Source of the DNA: a virus
Lineage: Duplodnaviria > Caudoviricetes
DNA: 64,000 bases
Direction: 5' to 3' (one strand)
IMG/VR virus record: IMGVR_UViG_2898615884_000001
Span: 20,097-84,096 of that record
Shown here: positions 43,883 through 52,063 of the stretch, piece after piece
Numbering within the stretch: the first letter of the stretch is position 1
How the letters are laid out: each line of letters starts with the position of its first letter
Notes under the pieces: model-generated
Told to the model about the DNA's origin: nothing
The model's database searches: none
Seen by the model: the letters and a program-made list of their open reading frames with translations, nothing else
Made by a program: the position numbers and the translations under genes

Positions 43883-44643
43883 GCCAACTCCAGCGGCGCC
43901 TGCGCGAGACGCCGGGCAGCGGCCTCGACATAGGGCTCGTGCCACTCAACGCCGATGGCGCGACGGCCGATGAGCCGGGCGGCATCCAGCGTCGAGCCGC
44001 TCCCCGCGAACGGATCGACCACCAGGCCACCGGGCGGGCACCCGTACTCGATCAGCGGGCGCAGGATGCCGACCGGCTTTTCCGTGGGGTGGATGGCAAA
44101 GCCGCGCAAGTTCTTGCACGCGATGACGCTGGTCATGTATCGGGTTCCGTCGTCCACCCACGTTCCGGTGCCGTAGACGCCCAGATGCTCCGCGCGGGGT
44201 CCTCGCTTGGCAACCTTTTCGCCGGGCTGTGTGTGGGACCGGGCACCACCGGGCGGGACGTGACGCGGCGTCGCATGGTGCACACCGCGCCACTCGCCGC
44301 GATACCAGTGGGTGGCGATCTCGTGGACGCGCTTGAAGCGGTCTGTGGCCGGACTGCTCCCGGCGGTCTTCTCCCACACCACGTCCTGGCTGAGCTGCCA
44401 GTCGGCGAACTCATCGCGGCGGTGAAGGAGCATCCGCATGCTGCCGAAGCACCACATGCTGCTGCTCGCGGTCGCGGCGAGGGCGGGCCAGCCGTCCGGC
44501 CACCGGTCCCATGCCAGGCTCGTTTCCGCGTAGGGCGGATCGGCGACGATCAGGTCGGCGGTGATGCCGAGGGCGGGCAGCACCTCGCGCATGTCGCCGA
44601 GGTAGAGCTGGACGTGGTCGTCCTCGTAGTACGGGTGCGTCAC
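43879..44643 (-). CDS. Orphan N6-adenine/N4-cytosine DNA methyltransferase (beta arrangement)
   Basis: DPPY, HPTEKP, VVDPFAGSGST. Confidence 0.92.
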   Translation of the reverse strand: MTHPYYEDDHVQLYLGDMREVLPALGITADLIVADPPYAETSLAWDRWPDGWPALAATASSSMWCFGSMRMLLHRRDEFADWQLSQDVVWEKTAGSSPATDRFKRVHEIATHWYRGEWRGVHHATPRHVPPGGARSHTQPGEKVAKRGPRAEHLGVYGTGTWVDDGTRYMTSVIACKNLRGFAIHPTEKPVGILRPLIEYGCPPGGLVVDPFAGSGSTLDAARLIGRRAIGVEWHEPYVEAAARRLAQAPLELA

Positions 44644-45035
44644 GGCCGCCTCCCGGTCTCGCCTCCGCGAGCGATCTCCAGCAGGACATCGGCGTGGCAC
44701 GGCTGATCCAGGCGACACCAGCAGGCCAAGTCCTTGCCCGCCAGCTCGCGGCGGATGGCGGCCCGCAACTCCGGGGTGAGCTCCCGCTTGAAGGCATGCA
44801 CGGCCCAGTACGGCGCGCCCGTGTTCGGGATGCGGGTGAACCGCTCGAACCGGCCGAGGCTGGCGTGACGGGTCTCGTGGATGACGTCGGCGGCCTCGCC
44901 CCACGGGTAGTGGTTGTCGCGGACGGGGACGATCCGCCAGGGGTTGGCCCACTTGGTCGGGCGGCCGACGTACACGACGCCTTGGGGCATGCGCCAGCCC
45001 GCGACACGGCGCCTCTGGATCCGGACGGGGCTCAT
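44640..45035 (-). CDS. DUF4326-like protein
   Basis: YVGRPTKWANP...ELAGKDLACWC...CHADVL. Confidence 0.85.
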   Translation of the reverse strand: MSPVRIQRRRVAGWRMPQGVVYVGRPTKWANPWRIVPVRDNHYPWGEAADVIHETRHASLGRFERFTRIPNTGAPYWAVHAFKRELTPELRAAIRRELAGKDLACWCRLDQPCHADVLLEIARGGETGRRP

Positions 45036-45349
45036 GACTCCCCGCCGTCCTTGGAGAGGACCGCCCGTGTCTCGGCGAGATGGACTGCGAGCCGGTCGGG
45101 GTCGTTCAGCAGGCTCGTCAGCTCATCCCGCCTGGCCCGGAGATGCATCACCTCAGCGAGGAGCGTGGGCACGTCCTTCGGCCCCGGCGTCTCCCACTCG
45201 CACGTGTGGTCGCCCTTCTGCTGGACGTCGCGGTGCATGTCGTAGTGGCCGGGGCTGCGGTCGCAGTTGTGGTGGCCGTGGGCGAGGCAGGGGACGCCGC
45301 AGCGGGGGCGGACGGTGTGGCCGCCGGGCGGGTTCGGCAGGTCAGGCAT
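45032..45349 (-). CDS. Hypothetical protein
   Basis: Coupled ORF with a Cys/His cluster. Confidence 0.5.
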   Translation of the reverse strand: MPDLPNPPGGHTVRPRCGVPCLAHGHHNCDRSPGHYDMHRDVQQKGDHTCEWETPGPKDVPTLLAEVMHLRARRDELTSLLNDPDRLAVHLAETRAVLSKDGGES

Positions 45350-45569
45350 GGGTGGCCTCCTCGGCCGGGGCGGTGTGGTTGATCGCGCGGGCGACGGCGA
45401 GGGGCTGCGCGGCGAGGTGCTCGTGCCAGGTCTGGTGCGCGGCGTTGAGGCGGTCGGCGGCCTGCTCCAGCCACACCGCGAGCGGCTCGGCGAGCGCCGG
45501 TGCGACGTGCTTCTGGTCCGGCTCGCGCAGCACCCGGGCGGCGGCGCGCAACTCCTCCTGCGGCGTCAT
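45342..45569 (-). CDS. Hypothetical protein
   Basis: MTPQEELRAAARVLRE...LAVWLE. Confidence 0.55.
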   Translation of the reverse strand: MTPQEELRAAARVLREPDQKHVAPALAEPLAVWLEQAADRLNAAHQTWHEHLAAQPLAVARAINHTAPAEEATHA

Positions 45570-46039
45570 GCGACACGCTCCCCAAGCTGGGCACGGACAG
45601 CGGCGTCCACATGGCTCGGAAGCCGCCACAACCCCAGCGCGCCCTTACACGGAACCGGCGACGGGATCGGCCGAACGTCGGCCAGCCGGAAATGGCGCTG
45701 GCCCGGCATCGCCCACGGCCCACACCCACACACCAGCTCCGTCGCACCGGCCGACTCCGAGCACACGGCGGCCAAGCGAGCGACCGCGAGGATCACCGAA
45801 CGCGCCCGGGACCTCTGCATCACGACGTCGACGGGGGTGCCGGTGATCTCCGCGACTCGTTCCACGGCGTACTGGGTGGCCGTAGCGGCGCCGGCGTGGA
45901 TGGCGACCCAGCCGCAGTAGGTGGGGGCGTAGCGCCAGGCGCGGTTCTCGATGCGCTTTTCGTTGGAGGCGATGGCGTTGGCCCAGGGCTGGTGGATCGT
46001 GAGTCCGCGTAGCTCGTCGGGGGGCGTCAGCTCAGGCAC
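45566..46039 (-). CDS. ASCH-domain protein
   Basis: LTIHQPWA.AI...KRIENR.W...AIHAG...PVPCKGALGLW. Confidence 0.85.
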   Translation of the reverse strand: MPELTPPDELRGLTIHQPWANAIASNEKRIENRAWRYAPTYCGWVAIHAGAATATQYAVERVAEITGTPVDVVMQRSRARSVILAVARLAAVCSESAGATELVCGCGPWAMPGQRHFRLADVRPIPSPVPCKGALGLWRLPSHVDAAVRAQLGERVA

Positions 46040-46502
46040 CGGCGGCCTCCCGCGCGTCCAGCCACCGCACGACGGTCGCCCCGCCATGCAGATGCACCCG
46101 CTCGATCGACTCCAGCCCCCGATCCCAAAACACGATCGAGGGATGCTCACCGCGCCACCGGACCGACGCGGTCCCGTCCGGCCAGAGCACGCCGTCCGCG
46201 ACGAGGCCGGCGCCGGAGACGCCGGTGACGTCCCGGTGGCGGACGAGCTGGAACCGGCGGGGCTCGCCGCTCGCGTCCTCCGTGGCGAGCTGGGCGAGCG
46301 TACGAGCGGCGCGGGCGTGGGCCCGCTGCTCGATCTCGGGCGCGACCACGTTCAACACCTGGGCGGCGAGGCGCCGGTAGTGGTCGGCGGTCGTCCGGTG
46401 GAGTTTGCCCCAGGTCTGGGTGACGCCGTCGCTGTCGCAGATCGCGGCGGCGGCCAGCTCGACCAGGTCGAGGGCGTCGTCGGCGGGCGTCTGCTCAGCC
46501 AC
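46032..46502 (-). CDS. Conserved actinophage hypothetical protein
   Basis: RRFQLVRHRDVTGVSGAG.VADGV.WPDG...HGG. Confidence 0.65.
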   Translation of the reverse strand: MAEQTPADDALDLVELAAAAICDSDGVTQTWGKLHRTTADHYRRLAAQVLNVVAPEIEQRAHARAARTLAQLATEDASGEPRRFQLVRHRDVTGVSGAGLVADGVLWPDGTASVRWRGEHPSIVFWDRGLESIERVHLHGGATVVRWLDAREAAGA

Positions 46503-47715
46503 GGGACACCTCCGCCCCCTCCACAGCGGGGCGTGCGGCGGCGACCAGATCCCACGGGATCCCCTGCTCTCCCGCAGACGTCACCAAGCGCAGCTCGCGG
46601 GCGTCCCTGTCGCACCGGACCAGCAGGCCAGTGACGGATTCGTCGGCCATGGTCAGCACCTCGACGCGGTGACCGACCAGCGCCAGGTACGGGATGCAGG
46701 GGCTGTCGACCGGCTCATCCGCCTCCGCCCCGTCGAGGGCGCGGACGGCTTCGGTCACGGCCTCGCGGACACCATGCGCATCAGCCGCAGGCGCACGCCC
46801 CGTAGGCATCCCTGCGTGGTGGAGAGCGTCCACGAGCATGTAGGCGTGCGACCCAGCGGCAGCGATATCGAGCTGGTCCGGCTCCTTGCCGCGTTCGAGG
46901 CACCAGTAGGCGATGAGCGCGGCCTCGATGACGGCGTGGAGACGGTCGCCGTTCACCTGCTCGGCGAGCCGGCCCCGGTGGGCCTCGACCTTCTTCAGCT
47001 CGCGGCGCTGCTCGCCCATGTCGACTTGGAGTTGCGCGTGATCGGCGGCGGCACGATCGAGGGCCTGTCGGTCAGCGGCCGCTTCTTCGCGGAGCCGCTC
47101 CACCTCGGTCTCGGCGTCCGTGAGCGCGGAAGTGACGGCGTTGATGCCGTCCGCCAGGCAGCCCGCCACCTCCATCGCGGCGCGCCCCTGGTCGGTGAGC
47201 GCGTCGTACGCGGCGGCGCGGTCCTCGGCGAACCGGTCCGCCTCGGCGCGGGCGGCGTCGCGCTCGCGTTCGGCCCGCGCGGCGTCGGTGCGGTGCCGCC
47301 CGCCGAGCCGGTGCGCCTCGTCGCGCTCGGCGGCCACGACGGCCAGCAGGGCGCGGAGTTGCTCCTGCTCGGAGTGGACGACTTTCAGCGCAGCAGTAGC
47401 GATCTCGTCCACCGACGTCCGGAGGATCATCGTGCCGCCGATCGCGCTCGCGAGCTGGCGGTGCATCTCCTCGTCGGTCTGTGGCGGGCCTTCGCCCTGG
47501 CCGACGGGCTCGACCACGACAGGCGCCCACTCGATCGGCAGGGTCGTGAAGTAGCTGCGCCCGTCCGGGTTGACGATGGCCACCTGGACGACGCGCGTGG
47601 TGTCGCTGTCGTGGCCCTCGATGCTGCCGCGCTCGATGCGGGCGCCCTTGATGGTGATGTCGGCGATGGTGCCCGGCTTGAGCTCGCTCGCCTTGGGTGT
47701 GGTCGGGTTGGTCAT
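46495..47715 (-). CDS. Coiled-coil hypothetical protein
   Basis: SD CAGGAG, 406 aa, long heptad region. Confidence 0.6.
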   Translation of the reverse strand: MTNPTTPKASELKPGTIADITIKGARIERGSIEGHDSDTTRVVQVAIVNPDGRSYFTTLPIEWAPVVVEPVGQGEGPPQTDEEMHRQLASAIGGTMILRTSVDEIATAALKVVHSEQEQLRALLAVVAAERDEAHRLGGRHRTDAARAERERDAARAEADRFAEDRAAAYDALTDQGRAAMEVAGCLADGINAVTSALTDAETEVERLREEAAADRQALDRAAADHAQLQVDMGEQRRELKKVEAHRGRLAEQVNGDRLHAVIEAALIAYWCLERGKEPDQLDIAAAGSHAYMLVDALHHAGMPTGRAPAADAHGVREAVTEAVRALDGAEADEPVDSPCIPYLALVGHRVEVLTMADESVTGLLVRCDRDARELRLVTSAGEQGIPWDLVAAARPAVEGAEVSRG

Positions 47716-47732
47716 CTCGGTCTCCTGAGGGG

Positions 47733-48899
47733 TCAGCCGGTCTGGTCGGGGGCGACCGCGCGCTCCGCCGCCCACTTGCGCTTCAGGTCAGCGAGCAGCG
47801 GCGCGGCCGCGCGGTAGTCCTCGCCGGAGGTGGTGTCGTACAGCGGCGCGGCCTCGGCCGACTCGACATCCGCGTCGGGTTCGTCGGGTTCGTCCGGGAC
47901 GGCGTGAATGAACAGCGGGGGCTGCGTCGCGGCCGAGTCGCTCGTGGCACCGCCGGGCAGGAAACGCAGTTCCGGGGGCGGCAACTCCTCGCCCGGCTCG
48001 GCGCCTGCGGCCTGTCCCTCAGTCCTGGTCTGGATCGCCCCGACGATGTCCGCGAGATGCCCGCGCTCGACCATCCGCTGGAGGTACGGGATCGGGTTCC
48101 GGATCGGGTCGGCCGCCCGCGCCTTCGCTGCTTCCCATGCGTCGGCGGCCTCGGGGTCAGTCAGTCCGTAGTTCGACGAGAGCCAGCGGAGCGCCTCGCG
48201 CACGCGCGCACGCGCGTAGACCGACTGATCTCCTTCACCTTCTCCACTAGGGGAACCACCGGCAGGTGGAACGGGACGGGACTGGGACGGGACTGGGACG
48301 GGAGGATTCGGGGGCGAATCGGGTACCCGATGAACGACCCGATCGGGTACCCGATAACCCTGCTGGTCAGACGAGGTATCGCTCGCATCGGGTTGAGAGT
48401 TATCCACAGGCGAATCGGACATCGGGTTTGGAGCAACCCGATGCGAACCCGATGGCATACCCGATGAAGCACCCGATGCGCCGCGACCCCCGTTCCCGGG
48501 GCCACCCTTCTGGCAGTAGCGGCACGACGGATCGGTCTTCCCCTTCCCCTCATGCCACCGCCGGTGGTTCCCCAGCTCACCACCGGACGACATCTTCTTC
48601 CGGCCCGCGATCGCCTCGTCCCGGGTCGGGTTCCGGACCGTCCCGTCGGCATCGACAGCCCACTCGTGGAACTGATAGCCGCCCTGTGCCCGCTCCCAGA
48701 ACCCGGCCTTGACGAGTTCCTCTGCCAGCTCGACCTGGCCGCGAGACAGCGCCGGGATCATGTGCTCGGGGATGAACCCGTCGGTTAGCTGGTCGCTGGA
48801 CCAGGATCCGGCCACGGTCCACAACCCCATTGCGGTGAGCGAAGCGGCCCACGTCTTTGAGTGGGAGTGGAGGTGATCGTCCACCTTGAACCAGGTCAC
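47733..48899 (-). CDS. Replication initiator 2 (actinophage WFKVDD type)
   Basis: MTWFKVDD...AMGLWTVAGSWS..QLTDGFIP...LVKAGFW...GYQFHEW; PSQSRPVP linker. Confidence 0.82.
   Translation of the reverse strand: MTWFKVDDHLHSHSKTWAASLTAMGLWTVAGSWSSDQLTDGFIPEHMIPALSRGQVELAEELVKAGFWERAQGGYQFHEWAVDADGTVRNPTRDEAIAGRKKMSSGGELGNHRRWHEGKGKTDPSCRYCQKGGPGNGGRGASGASSGMPSGSHRVAPNPMSDSPVDNSQPDASDTSSDQQGYRVPDRVVHRVPDSPPNPPVPVPSQSRPVPPAGGSPSGEGEGDQSVYARARVREALRWLSSNYGLTDPEAADAWEAAKARAADPIRNPIPYLQRMVERGHLADIVGAIQTRTEGQAAGAEPGEELPPPELRFLPGGATSDSAATQPPLFIHAVPDEPDEPDADVESAEAAPLYDTTSGEDYRAAAPLLADLKRKWAAERAVAPDQTG
48318..48479. repeat. Putative origin 2: ATCGGGT/ACCCGAT iterons around a perfect DnaA box
   Basis: ATCGGGTACCCGAT palindromes at 48318 and 48342, further half-sites to about 48479; TTATCCACA at 48400-48408. 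Confidence 0.75.
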
Positions 48900-48936
48900 T
48901 CAGATTCTCTTTCTGGCGGTTGCCCTACACGGACCA

Positions 48937-49005
48937 GCGAAGCGATCTAGCTTCGCGAACCATCATAGCGAACTCACTTCACAAGTTCAGTTCGCGCAGT
49001 AATAT
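48937..49005. promoter_or_regulatory. Overlapping divergent promoters with GCGAA(C/G) inverted repeats
   Basis: Rightward TTCACA(48978)-16-TAATAT(49000); leftward -10 TATGAT (48962-48967); GCGAAGC-N6-GCTTCGC and GCGAAC...GTTCGC. Confidence 0.65.
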
Positions 49006-49038
49006 CGCTGCATGGACTTGCGATGGCGGTGTGCGAAC

Positions 49039-49299
49039 ATGGACCCCATGGGTGAGATCCGGGACCGGCTGCTGAACGAGGTCGGCGACCTGGCCTTCCA
49101 GCTCATCGCCGCTGAAGCCGAGGTCGCCCGCATCCGCGAACGACTCCACGCGAAGATCCGAGAGGCTGGCGACCCAGCGCTCGGCAAGGACGAGAAGGCC
49201 GGCCCCTCGGCCATCTCCCGCGCGTCCCACCACCGCTACACGCGCGAGTACGTCGGCAACCTGCTCAAGAACGAGCCCCGGGCCCCCCGGCGGGCATGA
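49039..49299 (+). CDS. Small HTH DNA-binding protein
   Basis: GPSAISRASHHRYTREYVGNLL; divergent from rep 2. Confidence 0.6.
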   Translation: MDPMGEIRDRLLNEVGDLAFQLIAAEAEVARIRERLHAKIREAGDPALGKDEKAGPSAISRASHHRYTREYVGNLLKNEPRAPRRA

Positions 49300-49358
49300 C
49301 ACCCCGGCCGGGCGCCCGCTCGCCCCCGGCCGCTTCCCCCGCCGCCCCGTAGCGCGCC

Positions 49359-49520
49359 TCACCCGCGCTTCTTCTTCCGCTTACGCCGCGGCACCCGCCC
49401 CTGCCGCGCACCCGACCGGGCCTTCTTCTGCGGCGTCCCCTCCAGCCGGCCGACCTCCGGCACCCCATGGGGTCGGTTGGCGACGTCTACCGCGAAGTGC
49501 TTTTTAGCGATCGTGTTCAC
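49359..49520 (-). CDS. Possible 50-53 aa Lys/Arg-rich peptide
   Basis: GAGGAGGTGA SD-like site; AKKHFAVDV...RRKRKKKRG; start codon unclear. Confidence 0.35.
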   Translation of the reverse strand: MNTIAKKHFAVDVANRPHGVPEVGRLEGTPQKKARSGARQGRVPRRKRKKKRG

Positions 49521-49586
49521 CTCCTCGTGTGTGGTCTGGCCGGGCGTCTCGGGGGTCCGCCCGGCCAGTCCTGCTGTGTCATCCGG

Positions 49587-50603
49587 TCATGACGTGGCGT
49601 GTTTGTGCAGGTCGTCACGACGTGTCGGGTATTGGTCCCAGGTGCGGCCGTCCAGCTCGCGGCCCGCGGCCTTCTTCCCGACGCGGCGGATGACCTCGCG
49701 GAACCCGTGCTCGTCCGGCGGCCCGGCGAGGCGCTCACGGTCGTCGATGCAGCCGAGCCCGACCTGGCCTGTTGGCGCCCATTCGCCGTTCTGCTTGTGG
49801 AGGTAGGCGACGTCGGCGGCTTGGCATTGGTCGCGGAGTGATCGGAACCAGTTGGGGTCGGCGGGTCGGGCGCGGGGGCCGGACTCTCCGCCGGTGATGA
49901 CCCAGTCGATGCCGTGGAGACGGCGCTCGCAGCACCCGCCCGCGTGGGCGTAGGAGGCCGTGAGGCCGTGGCCGCGTTCGCTGCCCATCGTCCGGACGGC
50001 GTGCCGCAGATCGATGGGGCCGAGCAGGGGCTCGGCCGAGAGGAAGCGGACGGCGGCCGGGGTCTGGAGGAGGGCCGGGATGCGGAGGTCGGCGCGCTTC
50101 TGGTCCTCGACCGAGACGCCCAACCACACATTCCGAAGCGGCCAATGGTCGAGGCTGGCATGGGTGAACTCGGCCATGGCCTCCTCGACCATGTCCGGGA
50201 ACCCCTCGGTCCCGAGCGAGCCGCGCGACAGCAGCGAACGCATGCGGCCGTGGCGCTTGGTCAACAGCTGAAAGGTGTGGTGGGGTGTCGCGGCCATGAC
50301 GGCGAACACCTGGGCGACGAACTCGTCCGGCACGCCGTCGTGGAACAGGTCGGACATAGAGTTCACGAAGATCCGTGTCGGCTTGCGCCACCGCAGCGGC
50401 AGCCCGAGAACGTCCTCGTGCGCGCTGACCCCGAACCCAGGTCCTGAGGTGCGTGGGTCGCCGTCGCGCTGGTACTTGAGGTTGCCCATGGCCTTGAGGC
50501 GGCGGGCCATGGTGAGGGCGTAGCAGGAGTCGCAGCCGGGCGAGAGGCGGTCGCATCCCGTGGTGGGGTTCCAGGTGCGCTGGGTCCACTCAATGGTGGT
50601 CAT
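49587..50603 (-). CDS. DUF5131 (Gp37/Gp68) family protein
   Basis: TIEWT..TWNPTTGC..SPGC..CYA; IFVNSMSDLFH; FLSAEPLLG; WVITGGESG. Confidence 0.92.
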   Translation of the reverse strand: MTTIEWTQRTWNPTTGCDRLSPGCDSCYALTMARRLKAMGNLKYQRDGDPRTSGPGFGVSAHEDVLGLPLRWRKPTRIFVNSMSDLFHDGVPDEFVAQVFAVMAATPHHTFQLLTKRHGRMRSLLSRGSLGTEGFPDMVEEAMAEFTHASLDHWPLRNVWLGVSVEDQKRADLRIPALLQTPAAVRFLSAEPLLGPIDLRHAVRTMGSERGHGLTASYAHAGGCCERRLHGIDWVITGGESGPRARPADPNWFRSLRDQCQAADVAYLHKQNGEWAPTGQVGLGCIDDRERLAGPPDEHGFREVIRRVGKKAAGRELDGRTWDQYPTRRDDLHKHATS

Positions 50604-50851
50604 CGCATCCACCTCTCGATCACGTCGGGGAGGCGCGGCTCCTCGGGGTCGGCGAGGAGGTGGTCGACGAGGTCCCAATACGCCTCCTCCTCGTTGGGGT
50701 TGGTGAGGTACTGGATGTGCTCGGGGTGGCCGACCGCGGGGCCGGTGGCGGCGGGTCGTTGGTCGCCGAGCGCGCGGATCGCGGCGGTGGTGAGGACGCC
50801 GACCGCGATGAGCGTGGAGACGAGGACGAGGGTGGGGAGGGCGCTGGTCAT
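50600..50851 (-). CDS. Small membrane protein
   Basis: N-terminal TM, ATGA coupling. Confidence 0.5.
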   Translation of the reverse strand: MTSALPTLVLVSTLIAVGVLTTAAIRALGDQRPAATGPAVGHPEHIQYLTNPNEEEAYWDLVDHLLADPEEPRLPDVIERWMR

Positions 50852-51114
50852 GGCCGGCCGTCCTCGGGTCGGGCGCCGACGGGGACGCTGTCGTGGGCCG
50901 GGTGGAGGTCGAGATCCTCGCCGTCGCGCTGGTGCTCGTCGGGCTCGTGCTGTTCCTCGGGTGCGCCGCAGAGGATCCTGAGGACGATCGCCATCGCGGC
51001 GAATTCGGCGCCTGCCCCGGCGAAGATCGCGAAGTCGTGCCATTGCCGGAGGGCGGCGGTGGTGGTGAGGCAGAGTCCGAGGAGGATTGCGGCGGTGGTG
51101 GCGCTGTTTCTCAT
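50848..51114 (-). CDS. Small membrane protein
   Basis: Two hydrophobic segments, acidic tail. Confidence 0.5.
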   Translation of the reverse strand: MRNSATTAAILLGLCLTTTAALRQWHDFAIFAGAGAEFAAMAIVLRILCGAPEEQHEPDEHQRDGEDLDLHPAHDSVPVGARPEDGRP

Positions 51115-51419
51115 TGGCCCTCCTTGGGTGGGTGGAGCGCGTTGATCTGCTGTTCCAATTCGGTGAGGCGCGCCTCGCGTTCGTCCGGGTCTGTGATCTG
51201 TTTCGCGGCGGTGATCTCGTCCGCGAGTCCGCTGCAATCCGCGCATCCGTCCCCGCCGCACAGGCCGGCGCAGCCGTACTGCGGGGTCATCGGCGGCACC
51301 TCCGCGGGGCGGCCGGTCGTGGTGCGGGTGCTGCGCGGGGGCGGCGTCAGGCTCGCGAGGACGGACCCGGCCACGAACGCGGCCGCGCTCGACGCCGCCA
51401 GGGCGAGGACGCGGTTCAT
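51111..51419 (-). CDS. Hypothetical protein
   Basis: Hydrophobic N-terminus, Cys cluster, coupled. Confidence 0.45.
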   Translation of the reverse strand: MNRVLALAASSAAAFVAGSVLASLTPPPRSTRTTTGRPAEVPPMTPQYGCAGLCGGDGCADCSGLADEITAAKQITDPDEREARLTELEQQINALHPPKEGQ

Positions 51420-52063
51420 GAGCGCGCCCCCGCCCGGCTCCTCCGGTAGGCGGCGGCGCGGCGTTCCGTGGTCCGCTCGTCCTCGGTCATCCCGCCGAGG
51501 ACCCCACCCGGGTCGGCTCCTTTGGGCAGGCTGAGGATCCAGCCCCGGCACTTCTCGGTCACGGGGCAGCCGCGGCAGATGCCCTTGGCGACCGCGATCG
51601 TGGCGGCCAGGTGCGGGCTGTCCGGTGGCGGGTCCATGACGCTGCCACGCCCCTTGCAGGCGCCGCGGGTGGCCCAGTCCCCGGGGGCCGTGGCCCGTGC
51701 GGTGGGTGTGGGTTCCGCAAGGCGCGCGGGCTTGCGTGGCCCGGCGGGCTGGTCCTCGTCGTCAAGGTGGGCGATCTCGTCCTGGAGCAGCCGCCGGTAC
51801 TGCTGCGGGTGGAGTTTCGCGAGCGCGCAGCGGGCTTTGTGGTAGCGGCGCCGGTGGTTGCCCTGCTTGGTGACGAGGGCGGCGAAGTCGTCGGCGAGTT
51901 CGGGGAGTTTCGCCAGCCGGACGATCGCGCGGTCTCGTGCCTTGTTGATGTGGGCGTCGACTTCGCGGTGGGCCTGGGCGCAGGCTTCGTCGACGGGCTC
52001 GCCGTTTCGTTTGTGGCGGACCCATGCGGCGTTGGTGCCGCAGGGTTTGAGCTGCCGGGTCAT
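51416..52063 (-). CDS. whiB: WhiB-family regulator with N-terminal extension
   Basis: WATRGAC...AKGICRGCPV..KC...GGVLGGMTEDER; N-terminal PCGT.AA..RH...GEP.DEAC. Confidence 0.85.
   Translation of the reverse strand: MTRQLKPCGTNAAWVRHKRNGEPVDEACAQAHREVDAHINKARDRAIVRLAKLPELADDFAALVTKQGNHRRRYHKARCALAKLHPQQYRRLLQDEIAHLDDEDQPAGPRKPARLAEPTPTARATAPGDWATRGACKGRGSVMDPPPDSPHLAATIAVAKGICRGCPVTEKCRGWILSLPKGADPGGVLGGMTEDERTTERRAAAYRRSRAGARS

Noticed and set aside
48270-48302. GGGACGGGACT tandem repeats as extra iterons
   Set aside because: They encode the Pro/Ser PVPVPSQSRPVP linker common in phage initiators and are explained at protein level.
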